64,000 nt of DNA from a virus: IMG/VR virus record IMGVR_UViG_3300015203_000007, positions 2,036-66,035 of that record. One strand, 5' to 3'. The notes under the pieces were generated by a model. That model did not search any database. It was not told the DNA's origin and was given only the letters and a program-made list of their open reading frames with translations. Numbering within the stretch: the first letter of the stretch is position 1; each line of letters begins with the position of its first letter. The position numbers and the translations under genes were made by a program. Below are positions 27,447-37,360 of the stretch, piece after piece.

Positions 27447-27876
27447 TGTCCTCAGCCTCCGGTAGCTCAAGTACCTCTTCTTCGGCGTTGCCCTCATGGT
27501 CAAACGTCTGACCGCTGGCAGCTAGCCGTCCCATCTTGGCACGAATCAAGTCATACAGATCCTTGGCGGACATTTCATCAAGCTGCGCGCCCTCCTTGAT
27601 CTGTAGTTCAGTCTCATGGCGCTCAACCTGTAGCCACTCGCGTGCGGAGTTGACACGCACGGTGGCAGGCTGCGAAGGATCAATTCCTGCCTTGAATGCT
27701 TCTACGATTTGCTTCGCGTTCTTCTCTGCCTCTTCGGCAACGAGAGCCATCGCACGCTTCTTGACAGGCGGACGCCCAGCCCCAGGCTGCGCGCCACCAA
27801 ACACACCCTTCTCATGGAGAGACTTAGCTAGCTCAGAACGCCGTAGACGTTCCTCTTCTGTGTATTCCTTCGGCAT
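27439..27876 (-). CDS. putative terminase small subunit
   Basis: Position upstream of TerL; GGAQPGAGRP motif; helical. Confidence 0.6.
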   Translation of the reverse strand: MPKEYTEEERLRRSELAKSLHEKGVFGGAQPGAGRPPVKKRAMALVAEEAEKNAKQIVEAFKAGIDPSQPATVRVNSAREWLQVERHETELQIKEGAQLDEMSAKDLYDLIRAKMGRLAASGQTFDHEGNAEEEVLELPEAEDIG

Positions 27877-27938
27877 GACCTGAGTATCACAGGTACGCCG
27901 AAAACTTCTCTAGGCAGAAGTGCTAATGACAGAAGTGC

Positions 27939-28268
27939 CTAAGCCTCGATCACACGTACGTCGGTGTGGAATGTATCTTGTCTACCAATGGCACAGAGAA
28001 TCTTGTCTGCTACCTCAAACGACGTGAAGTTACTGCGACAGCGCATGATGTCGCGCACCTTGTTGTCATTCACTCCGGACTTCATGGACACATACTCTCT
28101 TCCGCAGAGATTGGTCATGGGGTTTCCGGATGTACTAGGAATGTGGTCTTGATCGTGCGCTGCTACGAATCTCTTGACTACTCTCGCAAGATCCTCAGTG
28201 TTTACTACTAGCTTAGGCTGCGCGGCAGGATCGTCAATTGGATCGTAGAGCGATTCAATACTCGTCAA
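27939..28268 (-). CDS. HTH DNA-binding protein
   Basis: SMKSGVNDNKVRDI......SFEVADKILCAIG (XRE-like). Confidence 0.55.
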   Translation of the reverse strand: MTSIESLYDPIDDPAAQPKLVVNTEDLARVVKRFVAAHDQDHIPSTSGNPMTNLCGREYVSMKSGVNDNKVRDIMRCRSNFTSFEVADKILCAIGRQDTFHTDVRVIEA

Positions 28269-28797
28269 CGGGTGTTACCTTTACTTCCACTCGGGATGTT
28301 CCGAACTTCTTGGTGATGACCTGATGCACGATCTGACTGTCATCGCGGTAGACGATTCCAGTCATGGCATCTTCCACTGCTCGGGTTAGCTTGGTCGAAT
28401 CGGGACGGCCGGTTGGGTACGGCATCTTCCGCCCCGTTGCGGACAGTGTATACCCATCTGCCTTGAAGTGCGACTTCGGGCGCGGGCGGTAGAAGTCTAG
28501 CTCTAGCACAAGCGGGCCTTCCAAGGGCGGCATCTCGCCCATGAACTTCCCAGCGGCCTGCGCCACGTCAGTCTTCCACTGCGCGCTACGGGGATTGGAG
28601 TCACGCACGAAGCGAACTCCCTTGTTAGACACTCCCGATGTCTTAGAGCCTGCGGGAGCGGACAGTCCGAAGACCGTGAAGCTTACTGCTGTCATTTTTG
28701 GTTCCATCTCAGGAAGCATATCAGACATTTGCACTTCCATAGGTTCCAGAATTGATCGTACCGCACCCGGATTGTATCCCCCTTGCACTCTGGACAT
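28255..28797 (-). CDS. rusA: RusA-like Holliday junction resolvase
   Basis: PAGSK, FYRPRPKSH, RPDSTKLTRAVEDAMTGIVYRDDSQIV. Confidence 0.9.
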   Translation of the reverse strand: MSRVQGGYNPGAVRSILEPMEVQMSDMLPEMEPKMTAVSFTVFGLSAPAGSKTSGVSNKGVRFVRDSNPRSAQWKTDVAQAAGKFMGEMPPLEGPLVLELDFYRPRPKSHFKADGYTLSATGRKMPYPTGRPDSTKLTRAVEDAMTGIVYRDDSQIVHQVITKKFGTSRVEVKVTPVDEY

Positions 28798-28800
28798 TGA

Positions 28801-29595
28801 TTAGGACGGGGTATTGGTTCTCTCCGCAGAGCGCATACTGAACTCGCGAGAGAGGCCGGTGATCTGACGGTCGATGATCTTCTCATAGGCGCGATACAGG
28901 ATGACCTTCCTGTGATGCGTGTTCATCTTATCAGTCCAGTCCATGACTTCGGGTGTCACTGCTGCCTTCTCACGGCGATCAGTCACCTTGTCGGAAGTCA
29001 CCTTGGACATCTCGATCTTCGTGACCTGCGCGAGATTGACCTGTGCCGATTCGTAGTCAGCCTCTTCGATGCCTAGCTCATGGACTACCTGTGCGTAGTC
29101 AGCATGTAGGCGCGCGTGCCACGAACGTAGCTCCTGATCTCCCAGTAGCGAGAAATCGCGTGGCAGTGCGGGTAGTGGTGAGGAAGACTCCTTCTCCTGA
29201 TCGCTCTCCAAGGGTGTGGCGTCAGTGCTTGCAGCGGCCGTGTCTTCCTCTGCTGCAATTGGTTCAGTTGTGGGAACATCCGTGGCAGTAGCGGTGGGTG
29301 CTACATCCTTAGTAGTATCCGGAGGTACCACGTTTGTCAAATCGTTCTCATCCCACGGCGGATCTTCCGGGGCGGGAGCGATAAAAGTGTGTCCGTCTGC
29401 GATGTTCAGGATAGTGTTGACCACTACACCGTTCTTGCCGACGTTACGCGCACGCTGTGCAGCACCCACGATCTCTGCCGCTGCGACGATGTACTCAGCA
29501 TCCGTGACGGGCAGAGGGTGTTCGTAATTCCCTGCCTCATCGAAGATGTTTACGATCTGTCTCGCCTGTTCAGCGAGAAGGGATGTCTGTGTCAC
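28801..29595 (-). CDS. hypothetical protein with C-terminal coiled coil (possibly a recombination mediator)
   Basis: Acidic low-complexity middle and helical C-terminus; located in the recombination block. Confidence 0.5.
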   Translation of the reverse strand: MTQTSLLAEQARQIVNIFDEAGNYEHPLPVTDAEYIVAAAEIVGAAQRARNVGKNGVVVNTILNIADGHTFIAPAPEDPPWDENDLTNVVPPDTTKDVAPTATATDVPTTEPIAAEEDTAAASTDATPLESDQEKESSSPLPALPRDFSLLGDQELRSWHARLHADYAQVVHELGIEEADYESAQVNLAQVTKIEMSKVTSDKVTDRREKAAVTPEVMDWTDKMNTHHRKVILYRAYEKIIDRQITGLSREFSMRSAERTNTPS

Positions 29596-30610
29596 TATCT
29601 CTCCACCTATCTAGGACGGCTTCTACCGTCGCATCGAAATCATAGCTCGGGCGAACTAGCTTAGCGTACGGGATTGCTCCCGACTCACTGATCTTGGTTA
29701 CTCCGGCCTTGTCGTCTGCCTTGCAGAGCTTCTTCACGGCGCAATACTGGCACGGCTGTTCAAGCCAGCGCCAATCCTTCGGTCGAGCCGGAAGCTCATC
29801 GCGCATGAACTTGTGCTTCCACTCATAGAGCAAGTCTGTGCCCTTGATCCACGCATCCCTATCGAACTGGAAGACAAATTCGTGAGTGTGTCGAGGGCGA
29901 TTACGCGAGACGTACAGAATCGAGCAAGAATCAGGTGGCGCACCCAATCCCTGATCGTAGAGATACGTGTCGCACATCTCATCGGTTGCAACAATTCGTA
30001 GGATACCATTGTGAGTGATTCTTCGACGCGCCCAGTCACGGTACATATCGAGGTAGGCGGTGCGAAGGCATCCGAGGTAAGTCTGAACCTGGTAGTAGTG
30101 GTTCATCTCGTATTGCTTCTGACCACGCTTCATGGCGTCTACCACATCGTGATCCTTGGACTTGAGATCCACGACGTGACCACGATTCCAACCCGGCGGT
30201 CGAATCACAGCGTCAAGGTTTCCGCTCAGCCAATAGCGCGGTTCAGAGAACCCCGTCTGGTACTTAGAAGTGGGTGGAGCGGACAGCAACATGCCTGCCT
30301 CTTCCCACCTTGACGTGTACTCATCCTCAATCGCCTTACCAGCGTCTCCAATCGCTCGGAGGAACTGATCCCCCGGCTTGGAGGACGGGAGGTTTAGAAG
30401 GCCGTACAGAGCCTTGCGAGCACACGGACGCTCAGAGTCACCGGGGAAGCTGGAAGCATGGAAGCTTGTATGCCACGGCTGCCCGTGAGGGGACGAATCT
30501 AGATCCTGTTCCCATAGGCGCTGTTCGCGCATCTCATAGGCACGCTTAGCCATAGGCTCAGCAATGGGAACCAGATTCAACCGCTGTAGTAGTTCGATGT
30601 GACTCAGCAC
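29570..30610 (-). CDS. Cas4-like PD-(D/E)xK exonuclease with Fe-S cysteines
   Basis: PCARK; SGNLDAV..VVDLKS; QVQTY; CQYCAVKKLC; GTG start in overlap with the upstream stop. Confidence 0.8.
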   Translation of the reverse strand: MLSHIELLQRLNLVPIAEPMAKRAYEMREQRLWEQDLDSSPHGQPWHTSFHASSFPGDSERPCARKALYGLLNLPSSKPGDQFLRAIGDAGKAIEDEYTSRWEEAGMLLSAPPTSKYQTGFSEPRYWLSGNLDAVIRPPGWNRGHVVDLKSKDHDVVDAMKRGQKQYEMNHYYQVQTYLGCLRTAYLDMYRDWARRRITHNGILRIVATDEMCDTYLYDQGLGAPPDSCSILYVSRNRPRHTHEFVFQFDRDAWIKGTDLLYEWKHKFMRDELPARPKDWRWLEQPCQYCAVKKLCKADDKAGVTKISESGAIPYAKLVRPSYDFDATVEAVLDRWRDSDTDIPSR

Positions 30611-31167
30611 AGCTTTCCATTTCTGTAATCCATTCCGTTCAACTCTAGTCCGGAAGCGTCCCAACCTTCCCGCTTGCGTCTAGCAAACAGTTCTAGCTTA
30701 GGGCGATCTCCACAAATCTTGTCGATGCGATCCTGAAACTCTTCGGGCTTAGCCGAGTGTGCTTCTCTCGGCGCGAGAACTACCTGACCCATCGCTGAAT
30801 CAAGAATCGGAAACGGTCTACCTGTCTTGCATGTAGTTCCTACTAGTAGAAACTCTGTGGTCGGCTTGACAAAGGTAGGTGGAACTCCCTGCCCCGAAAT
30901 GATGCCACCATCGCGTCTCGTCTTTACCCACACAAAAGCTACGCCTCTGTAGTGAAAACCCCACGTCCGAATGAGTTCGATCTGCTTGTGCAAGAGTGGG
31001 CCTGTCGCCCACATGAATAGTGCAGAGGGAGTGTTGGCAATCTCTCGCACCGGCATCTCTTCGAGATCAGTCCACGACATTAGATCGTAGTGCTTGCCTG
31101 CTGCCGCATCCTTAGTGGTACTTCCGTAGTAAGGCCACGGGGGATCTGCTAGAACGATGTCATACAT
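30604..31167 (-). CDS. MT-A70 family adenine methyltransferase
   Basis: YDIVLADPPW, LFMWAT, FVWVKT, TEFLLVG, HSAKP, KLELFAR. Confidence 0.9.
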   Translation of the reverse strand: MYDIVLADPPWPYYGSTTKDAAAGKHYDLMSWTDLEEMPVREIANTPSALFMWATGPLLHKQIELIRTWGFHYRGVAFVWVKTRRDGGIISGQGVPPTFVKPTTEFLLVGTTCKTGRPFPILDSAMGQVVLAPREAHSAKPEEFQDRIDKICGDRPKLELFARRKREGWDASGLELNGMDYRNGKLC

Positions 31168-31452
31168 CTAGTTCTTTCTTGTATACTTGCGCTTCGGGCG
31201 CATCTTCTCAGTAAAGCACGGTAGGCAGATTTGCTTCTCGTATGAGGAACCGTAGCAGTAAGCCCAGTTGCCACACTTTGAGCACGAACGGCTGCCAGCA
31301 TGCGGGCCACCCGATCCGCCCTGAGTACGCCACTGATTGCGGATGTTGATTAGCTCATCCTCTGTGGGAATCCAGCTAGCCTTGGCGATGGTTTCGTTCT
31401 CCGGCGGAATCTCTTCCACGGGAGTCATCTCGATTACGAAGTCGTCACTCAA
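31168..31452 (-). CDS. small Zn-finger hypothetical protein
   Basis: CSKC...CLPC; ATGA overlap. Confidence 0.55.
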   Translation of the reverse strand: MSDDFVIEMTPVEEIPPENETIAKASWIPTEDELINIRNQWRTQGGSGGPHAGSRSCSKCGNWAYCYGSSYEKQICLPCFTEKMRPKRKYTRKN

Positions 31453-31850
31453 AAGTCACTGCTCTCTCTAAACAGTTGTGGCACGCGCGCAGCGGCACGT
31501 CTCTGGTCTGCCTTGACGGATGGGATGATTGGCTCTTCACGCATGAGATCGAGGAAGTCTCCCGCCCGCATGATGATGAAGTCGTTATGCGCCATGCGGA
31601 CGGCGAGAGCACCCATTCTATCAGATCCCGAAGACCCCGGCCCGGAGGTAGCCGCGACGAATTCCTCGATTAGCGCGTCAGTGACGGTAAAAGTGCTCTG
31701 TGCCGTCCACTTGTTAGACCATGTGATCTTCTTGCCACGAACGTCTAGCTTTGAGTGCCACTGATTGCCACTACCCGGAGTGACATCACCATCGACGGAT
31801 TCACTCCAAATCTGTTCCCAGCGCAGACCTTCTTCGCGAGGATTAGGCAT
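31449..31850 (-). CDS. Holliday-junction-resolvase-like PD-(D/E)xK nuclease (atypical active site)
   Basis: TPGSGNQWHSKLDV..K..SNKWT resembles the phage SG....KgDv...EcK.T family. Confidence 0.55.
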   Translation of the reverse strand: MPNPREEGLRWEQIWSESVDGDVTPGSGNQWHSKLDVRGKKITWSNKWTAQSTFTVTDALIEEFVAATSGPGSSGSDRMGALAVRMAHNDFIIMRAGDFLDLMREEPIIPSVKADQRRAAARVPQLFRESSDF

Positions 31851-32058
31851 CTAGATTCACTCGCAGCATGCCGTGTTCGTCAATGTAGCTACGCCGAACC
31901 TTCTCAGCGTTGAATGCCACGATCAACTTATTGGCAACGTCGATTCGCTCTTGAGAATCTTCGAGTGCGATGCACTCAATGAGTCCGTCGATAACCTCGT
32001 CCTGTGCTCGAATGTAGCTGGCTGCTAGGGCTAGTAGCTTTTCTTCTCTAGCGTCCAT
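31843..32058 (-). CDS. hypothetical protein
   Basis: ATG MDAREEKLL; collinear. Confidence 0.5.
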   Translation of the reverse strand: MDAREEKLLALAASYIRAQDEVIDGLIECIALEDSQERIDVANKLIVAFNAEKVRRSYIDEHGMLRVNLDA

Positions 32059-32293
32059 AGCGATTCGCCTTGCGGGCAAGCTTCTTTCGGCGGCGTTCGG
32101 CCCTTACCTCCTTGGAGGGGTTCTTCTTACCAGTTCCATTCTGGTTGTTGCTAGGGCCAAGTAGGTCAGCCATTCGGAGTAGGTCTTCAAGCTGATCTGC
32201 CTTCTCTTGCGGTGTGATGTCGGGTGTCCCCTCTGTTGCCGGAGCAAAGAGGGAGACGATTCGAGCTTCGGTTTCGTCGCGCTTTGGATTCAT
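32048..32293 (-). CDS. hypothetical protein
   Basis: 81-aa ORF with basic C-terminus. Confidence 0.5.
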   Translation of the reverse strand: MNPKRDETEARIVSLFAPATEGTPDITPQEKADQLEDLLRMADLLGPSNNQNGTGKKNPSKEVRAERRRKKLARKANRYGR

Positions 32294-32530
32294 CTACTTG
32301 CCGCCAGGAATCGACGGTCTTCCCTTCTCTACGTTGGGGTCAATCTTTCGTCTGCTTGGCTTTGCTGCGCTTGGCGGCGGATCGTATGTCGCCACAGCAA
32401 TGGTGATCTGATCGCCCACCTTTGGCTTTCGCTTCATGCTCGGAATCAGCACGGATCCACGGTTAGTTTCCGCATTGACATCTCCATTTGATTCCACCTT
32501 GCGCACTGTGCCTGTGATTACCTCTGTCAT
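32294..32530 (-). CDS. small OB-fold-like protein
   Basis: ITGTVRKV...KVGDQITIAV. Confidence 0.5.
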   Translation of the reverse strand: MTEVITGTVRKVESNGDVNAETNRGSVLIPSMKRKPKVGDQITIAVATYDPPPSAAKPSRRKIDPNVEKGRPSIPGGK

Positions 32531-32531
32531 C

Positions 32532-33545
32532 TTAATAGTCTTCCTTGATCTTGTCGATCACTAGGTTGCGGAATTCCTCGTCAGATGCTAGGAACTCACG
32601 GACTTGCTTCTTGCCGTGCAGCTTGCGCCCATCCGCTGTGACAAACCTACCGGGGCTTGTCTCGTCTAGGCACTTGAAGAACGTAGCTGCCTTCGTTAGC
32701 TCGGAAATCTGATCGAACTGCATCGTACCATAGTCGAGGTACATGGTAGCAGTGCGGTGCGGTTGACACACGCGAGTCTTCGTGACCTTCGCCTGAATTG
32801 CCACTCCGTGTGCCTCAGTCTGACCGGATAGTGTCTCCGTGTTCTTGCCCTCATCGTCAAGGAATCCATCCTTGTCGCGGAAGAGCCACTTGCCACGGCG
32901 GAAGTGAACTGTGAGGCTAGACGTGTGCTCCACGAATCTTCCGTTCGGCGGATGCTCGCCGCCACCGTAGCCGATCACATCTCGGGCCTGGTCTACCATG
33001 ATGATGGCGTTCTCGGGAGCCATGCGCTCTAGCGCCTTCTGTAGTGCGCGTCCCCATGCCCGTGCCTTGAGTGCCATCGCAGGGTTATTCTCTAGCGGTG
33101 TCGATAGCTCGTCAATCGAGATCGCACTGCCGAGAGAATCGAGAATGTGTACGCGAACGCCACCAAGCAATGCTTCTAGCTTCGCTCCTACTTCTTCCAC
33201 GATGGTTCCCTCTACCACGATGAGATCCTTCGGGCCAGTCTTGACTCCTAGGCTCTCTACGAACTTCGGATGGTACTGCTTCTCGATGTTGTAATAGACA
33301 ACGGGGCCTAGTCCCATCTCCTGTGCGTTGCGCACGACGTTCCAGCACGTCAAGCTCTTACCGGAACTGTAGCCGCCCCAAAATCGAGAGAAACGACCAA
33401 TCGGTACGCCTCCACCCGTCGCACGGTCTAGCTCATAAGAGCCAGTGCTGATTCGGGGAGGGTTGCGGTCGTAATCAGCACCGATGCTTCCGGGATATCT
33501 CTTGCCGATCTCTCTCAGTGTGCGTTCTAGATCATCTTCGTTCAT
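32532..33545 (-). CDS. recA: RecA-like recombinase
   Basis: ISTGSYELDRATGGGVPIGR, GGYSSGKS, ILDSLG, VDQAR, PNGRFVEHTSS. Confidence 0.9.
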   Translation of the reverse strand: MNEDDLERTLREIGKRYPGSIGADYDRNPPRISTGSYELDRATGGGVPIGRFSRFWGGYSSGKSLTCWNVVRNAQEMGLGPVVYYNIEKQYHPKFVESLGVKTGPKDLIVVEGTIVEEVGAKLEALLGGVRVHILDSLGSAISIDELSTPLENNPAMALKARAWGRALQKALERMAPENAIIMVDQARDVIGYGGGEHPPNGRFVEHTSSLTVHFRRGKWLFRDKDGFLDDEGKNTETLSGQTEAHGVAIQAKVTKTRVCQPHRTATMYLDYGTMQFDQISELTKAATFFKCLDETSPGRFVTADGRKLHGKKQVREFLASDEEFRNLVIDKIKEDY

Positions 33546-36500
33546 GCTTCCTCCGCATTCATGTAGTCCTCTACGCGGCCCATCGCGTTCAGTACGAAAC
33601 CTCCGCGATCATCCACCTTGACACTTGCGAGCAACACTTCTCCCATAGCAAGCATTGACTCATTGTTTTCCATCATCGAAGAGAAGACGGTGATCCGCCA
33701 CGAATCCGCTCCATGTGCCAATGTGATCCAACACATACGTCTTCCGCGCTTGTCAATCTTCTCCTTGATCTCTACCACTTCACCACCCACGACTACGTAA
33801 TCTCCCGGCTGTGCTCGCTCGACTAGATCCAAGTCGATGTTCTCCGAAAGCGCGTCTCCGTAAAGTGTCACCTTGTTATTCGTGAGACTAAATCCTAGTC
33901 GATCACGCTCTTCCGCATCCTGGTCAATGTGCGTAAACGGTAGTGCCCCTAGGCAATCGAGAGCGCCCGCCTCGAAGAGAGCACGCTTGACCTTGACGTT
34001 GCAACGGCGCTTCTCAATGCGCTTCTCGAAATCATCGTAGTCAGCGAAGGGACGCTTCTCCATGATCTCTCGGGCTGCTACGTCACCCACATCCTTGATC
34101 GAGATGAGTCCCACCTGAATGCCCTGGTCAGAGAGAGACATCTGCAAGTCAGACGTGTTCACGCACGGCCCGACCATCGTAGCTCCGCGTGCGATTGCCT
34201 CACGCACAGCCTGTGTCGTCTTGTCAGGGTCAGCCGCCATGATCGAAGCGTAGAAGACGGCAGGGTAGTTCGCCTTGATGTACGCGCCCTGGTACGCCTC
34301 TAGCGAGTAGCACACGGAGTGCGAAGCGTTGAAGGAATAGCCACCGAACGCGAGAATCTTCTGCCAGATGTCCTCCGACTCCTGAATCCCGATTCCCGCC
34401 TCGGCTGTGCCCTTCTCCCACTGCGAGTGATACTGCTGCATGAACTCTCTCGCCTCTTCCTTGCCGAGACGGTAAAGCTTTCCTGTGGCCTTACGCATAT
34501 CGTCAGCCTGAGACTTGGTGAAGCCACCGATTGCTTGCACTACCTGCATTAGCTGTTCCTGGTAGATCATCACGCCCAGCGTGTGCTTAAGGAACGGTTC
34601 TACGGAGGGATGCCAATACTCAATGAGGCTAGGATCTGCTCGGCGCGCGAAGTAATCATCCGTCACGCCACCGTCTAGAGCACCCGGACGGTAGAGAGCA
34701 TTGACGGCTGCTAGATCATGGATGTTCTTCGGCTTCATCTTCTTCATCATGCCGGTGATGCCTGCGCTACCACCGAACTGGAAGAGTCCGAACGTGTGTC
34801 CTGCGCAGAAGAGATCCATCGTCTTCTGATCTGTGGCATAGGGATCACGCATGACTGCGAGATTGTCAAGGTCAACCGTGATGCCCTGCTTTGCAAGATG
34901 CTTCACGGCGAAATCCTGAATGTCAAGGTCGGTCGTGCTCAGGAAGTCGGCCTTGAGTAGCCCGTACTCAGAAATGATGGGAGAACTAGGCTTGTCGGAG
35001 TAGGCCGTCACGATTGGCGCGTCCTTACGCGCTCTCATCGTCGGCATGTACTCCGTCACCGGCCCTTCCGTGATGACAACTCCGGCGGCGTGCTTGGAAC
35101 GTGCCTTGACCTGTCCCTCTAGTCGAAGCGCGTGCTTCACTACATCAGGATGACGCACACGAAAATCTGTGAGCGCCTTGTGAGTCTTTAGTAGCTCTTC
35201 CAGCGTCGCCGTTTCATTGTCAGCGATGCCCGCCAGTGCTGCCTTGACTTCTCCTAGCTCCACATTCAGTACACGGGCCGCACTGCCAATCGCACTCTTC
35301 GCCTTGAACGTCTGATGGGCCACGATGTCAGAGACATTCTCATGGCCGTGGATGTCAGCGAAGACATCGCGAACGTGCTGGCGCATGGTGCTCTGAAAGT
35401 CGATGTCGATATCCGGCATGCCCTTGCGCTCGGGGTTCAGGAATCGCTCGAAGAGTAGACCGTAGGCGATTGGATCTACCGACGTGATTCGACAGAGGTA
35501 AGAGACAAGACAACCTGCGGCGGATCCTCTTCCCGGCGCGACTCTGATTCCGTTGTCCTTCGCCCAGCGAACGATCTCCCCGAAGATCACGAAGTAGTCG
35601 AGCACGTCCTTGTCAGTAAGCACATTTAGCTCATAAGCCATGCGCTCATCGTATTCTCGATCTCCCTCTTTGCCGATCCGTACCATGCCTTCATGGCACC
35701 ACTCGCGAAGGATCTGCTCGGCAGACTTCTCGCGCTTGATGCGTGGCAGCTTGAGGCTACGGTTGAGCACGAACGGATCTACCGACTCGGCTAGTAGCTC
35801 AGTGTTTCGGATAGCCGTGTCGATCACGTTCTGCGAGATCGTGACGTGATTCATGGAGAACTCGTCACGTACGCGCTGTTCGTCCATCAGGAAGAGCTTG
35901 GAATCTCGGAAGTCGATTGGCTCCTTGAACTCCAAAGGCTTCTCGTCATACTGCGCCTGCTTGATGGCGCGTTCCTGGTAGCTGCTCTGAGTGCTCATAA
36001 GCCACAACGCATCGTGCGTGTCAGACTCGTCTTCGTTCACGTAGTGAGCGTCCACGGTCGCCACGATTGGAAGACTGAATCTGTTGGCTAGCCCGATCAG
36101 TCTTCGATTGGCGAAAAGCTGATCCTCGAATCCAGCGGGTTGAATCTCCACGTAGAGATTGTCTCTGAAAATCTTCTGCATGCGAGTCATGTGAATGTCG
36201 CACGCCTTGTCGTCATCCTTTAGCAGATGAGATGCAGCATAACCAGCGACGCAAGCCGTAGTAGCAATGAGTCCTTCGCTGTGTAGCTCTAGCAATTCAT
36301 AGTCAATGCAGGGATTATTGTACCAGCCATCGGCATGCGCCTGAGAAGAGATACGCATGAGAGACTTGTAACCCTGTAGACCAGACGCGAGCAAGACCAT
36401 GTGGTAACGCTTAGTGTCATCACCACCCGGAGCATGACGATCTGCACGGAAGTAAGCCTCCATCCCTACGATGGGATGGAGGCCATACTTCTCGCACGCC

Positions 36501-36655
36501 TTGATATGTTCCAGTGCTCCACACATGTTCCCGTGGTCAGTCAATGCGAGAGCATGCTGACCTAGCTCGGAAGCCCGCTTCGCGTAATCTTCTGCGGAGC
36601 CTAGGCCGTCGAGCGTGCTGTATTCGGAATGTCTGTGGAGATGGACGAATCCCAT
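33542..36655 (-). CDS. dnaE: DNA polymerase III alpha subunit
   Basis: HLHRHSEYSTLDG (PHP), ALTDHG, GRGSAAG, FERFLNPER..MPDIDIDF, FQF, YSFNASHS, C-terminal OB fold. Confidence 0.95.
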   Translation of the reverse strand: MGFVHLHRHSEYSTLDGLGSAEDYAKRASELGQHALALTDHGNMCGALEHIKACEKYGLHPIVGMEAYFRADRHAPGGDDTKRYHMVLLASGLQGYKSLMRISSQAHADGWYNNPCIDYELLELHSEGLIATTACVAGYAASHLLKDDDKACDIHMTRMQKIFRDNLYVEIQPAGFEDQLFANRRLIGLANRFSLPIVATVDAHYVNEDESDTHDALWLMSTQSSYQERAIKQAQYDEKPLEFKEPIDFRDSKLFLMDEQRVRDEFSMNHVTISQNVIDTAIRNTELLAESVDPFVLNRSLKLPRIKREKSAEQILREWCHEGMVRIGKEGDREYDERMAYELNVLTDKDVLDYFVIFGEIVRWAKDNGIRVAPGRGSAAGCLVSYLCRITSVDPIAYGLLFERFLNPERKGMPDIDIDFQSTMRQHVRDVFADIHGHENVSDIVAHQTFKAKSAIGSAARVLNVELGEVKAALAGIADNETATLEELLKTHKALTDFRVRHPDVVKHALRLEGQVKARSKHAAGVVITEGPVTEYMPTMRARKDAPIVTAYSDKPSSPIISEYGLLKADFLSTTDLDIQDFAVKHLAKQGITVDLDNLAVMRDPYATDQKTMDLFCAGHTFGLFQFGGSAGITGMMKKMKPKNIHDLAAVNALYRPGALDGGVTDDYFARRADPSLIEYWHPSVEPFLKHTLGVMIYQEQLMQVVQAIGGFTKSQADDMRKATGKLYRLGKEEAREFMQQYHSQWEKGTAEAGIGIQESEDIWQKILAFGGYSFNASHSVCYSLEAYQGAYIKANYPAVFYASIMAADPDKTTQAVREAIARGATMVGPCVNTSDLQMSLSDQGIQVGLISIKDVGDVAAREIMEKRPFADYDDFEKRIEKRRCNVKVKRALFEAGALDCLGALPFTHIDQDAEERDRLGFSLTNNKVTLYGDALSENIDLDLVERAQPGDYVVVGGEVVEIKEKIDKRGRRMCWITLAHGADSWRITVFSSMMENNESMLAMGEVLLASVKVDDRGGFVLNAMGRVEDYMNAEEA

Positions 36656-36656
36656 A

Positions 36657-36800
36657 CTAGATCGCGTTCCTTTTGAACGCCATGCCATTCTTTCTGGCTT
36701 CAATCTCGTTCGCCGTGAACTGCGCCTCAGCTAGATTTTGAACTGCCTTGGCGATGTTCTCTAGTGCGTTCGCGATGTCAGCAAGGTCATACTTCGTCAT
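36657..36800 (-). CDS. small hypothetical protein (47 aa)
   Basis: MTKYDLADIANALENIAKAV..., amphipathic helix; overlaps the upstream stop. Confidence 0.45.
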   Translation of the reverse strand: MTKYDLADIANALENIAKAVQNLAEAQFTANEIEARKNGMAFKRNAI

Positions 36801-37056
36801 CGTCTTCATCCTCTTCGCACGAATGTAGCTCAGCGTGCGTGATCTCGGCGTCCATGTAGGCAAGCGTCTGGTGATGCAAGCCTCGGCTTCTCCACGGTGG
36901 GATGCCCTTCGGCCCGTGCCAGTAGCCCATGTACGTGTCGCCCTCTGCGGACTGTGCTTCATAGCACACGGCGTAGCACGTCATAATGTCGCCATCCTTG
37001 ACAAGTAGATCCTGTAGTGCGTCTAGGATCTTCTCCTGCTCATTCGCTGCTGCCAC
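36787..37056 (-). CDS. hypothetical protein
   Basis: 89-aa ORF with acidic tail. Confidence 0.55.
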   Translation of the reverse strand: MAAANEQEKILDALQDLLVKDGDIMTCYAVCYEAQSAEGDTYMGYWHGPKGIPPWRSRGLHHQTLAYMDAEITHAELHSCEEDEDDDEV

Positions 37057-37360
37057 TTAGTTCCTCGATTCGCTTATTGAGATAGTATGCGGCCTTCTTC
37101 AAGTCCTGTAGCTCATTGCCCTTGTGCTTGGCGCGGCAGATGTACTTGACGACATTGCCCTCTAGGTATCCAAGCTTCTGATCGAGGATGAAGTCTAGGA
37201 CTTCGATGTTGCCGGTATTGTAGTGCGGCGGACGCTCCACCATATCAGGGGCAATCCCCAGGTCGAGTGGGAGCGCGCAACCGCCCCGGAACATACGTCC
37301 CGGAACGGTTACGAGATCCACGATTCCGCCACTACCCTTGTCGGAACCCTGCATATCCAC
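37040..37360 (-). CDS. DUF3310 (SaV-like) protein
   Basis: PPHYNTGNIEVLDFI...GNVVKYICRAKHKG..QDLKKAAYYL. Confidence 0.9.
   Translation of the reverse strand: MDMQGSDKGSGGIVDLVTVPGRMFRGGCALPLDLGIAPDMVERPPHYNTGNIEVLDFILDQKLGYLEGNVVKYICRAKHKGNELQDLKKAAYYLNKRIEELSGSSE

Noticed and set aside
29570-30610. Cas4 as evidence for a CRISPR-Cas system
   Set aside because: No repeat-spacer array or other cas genes; stand-alone Cas4-like nucleases are common in phage recombination blocks
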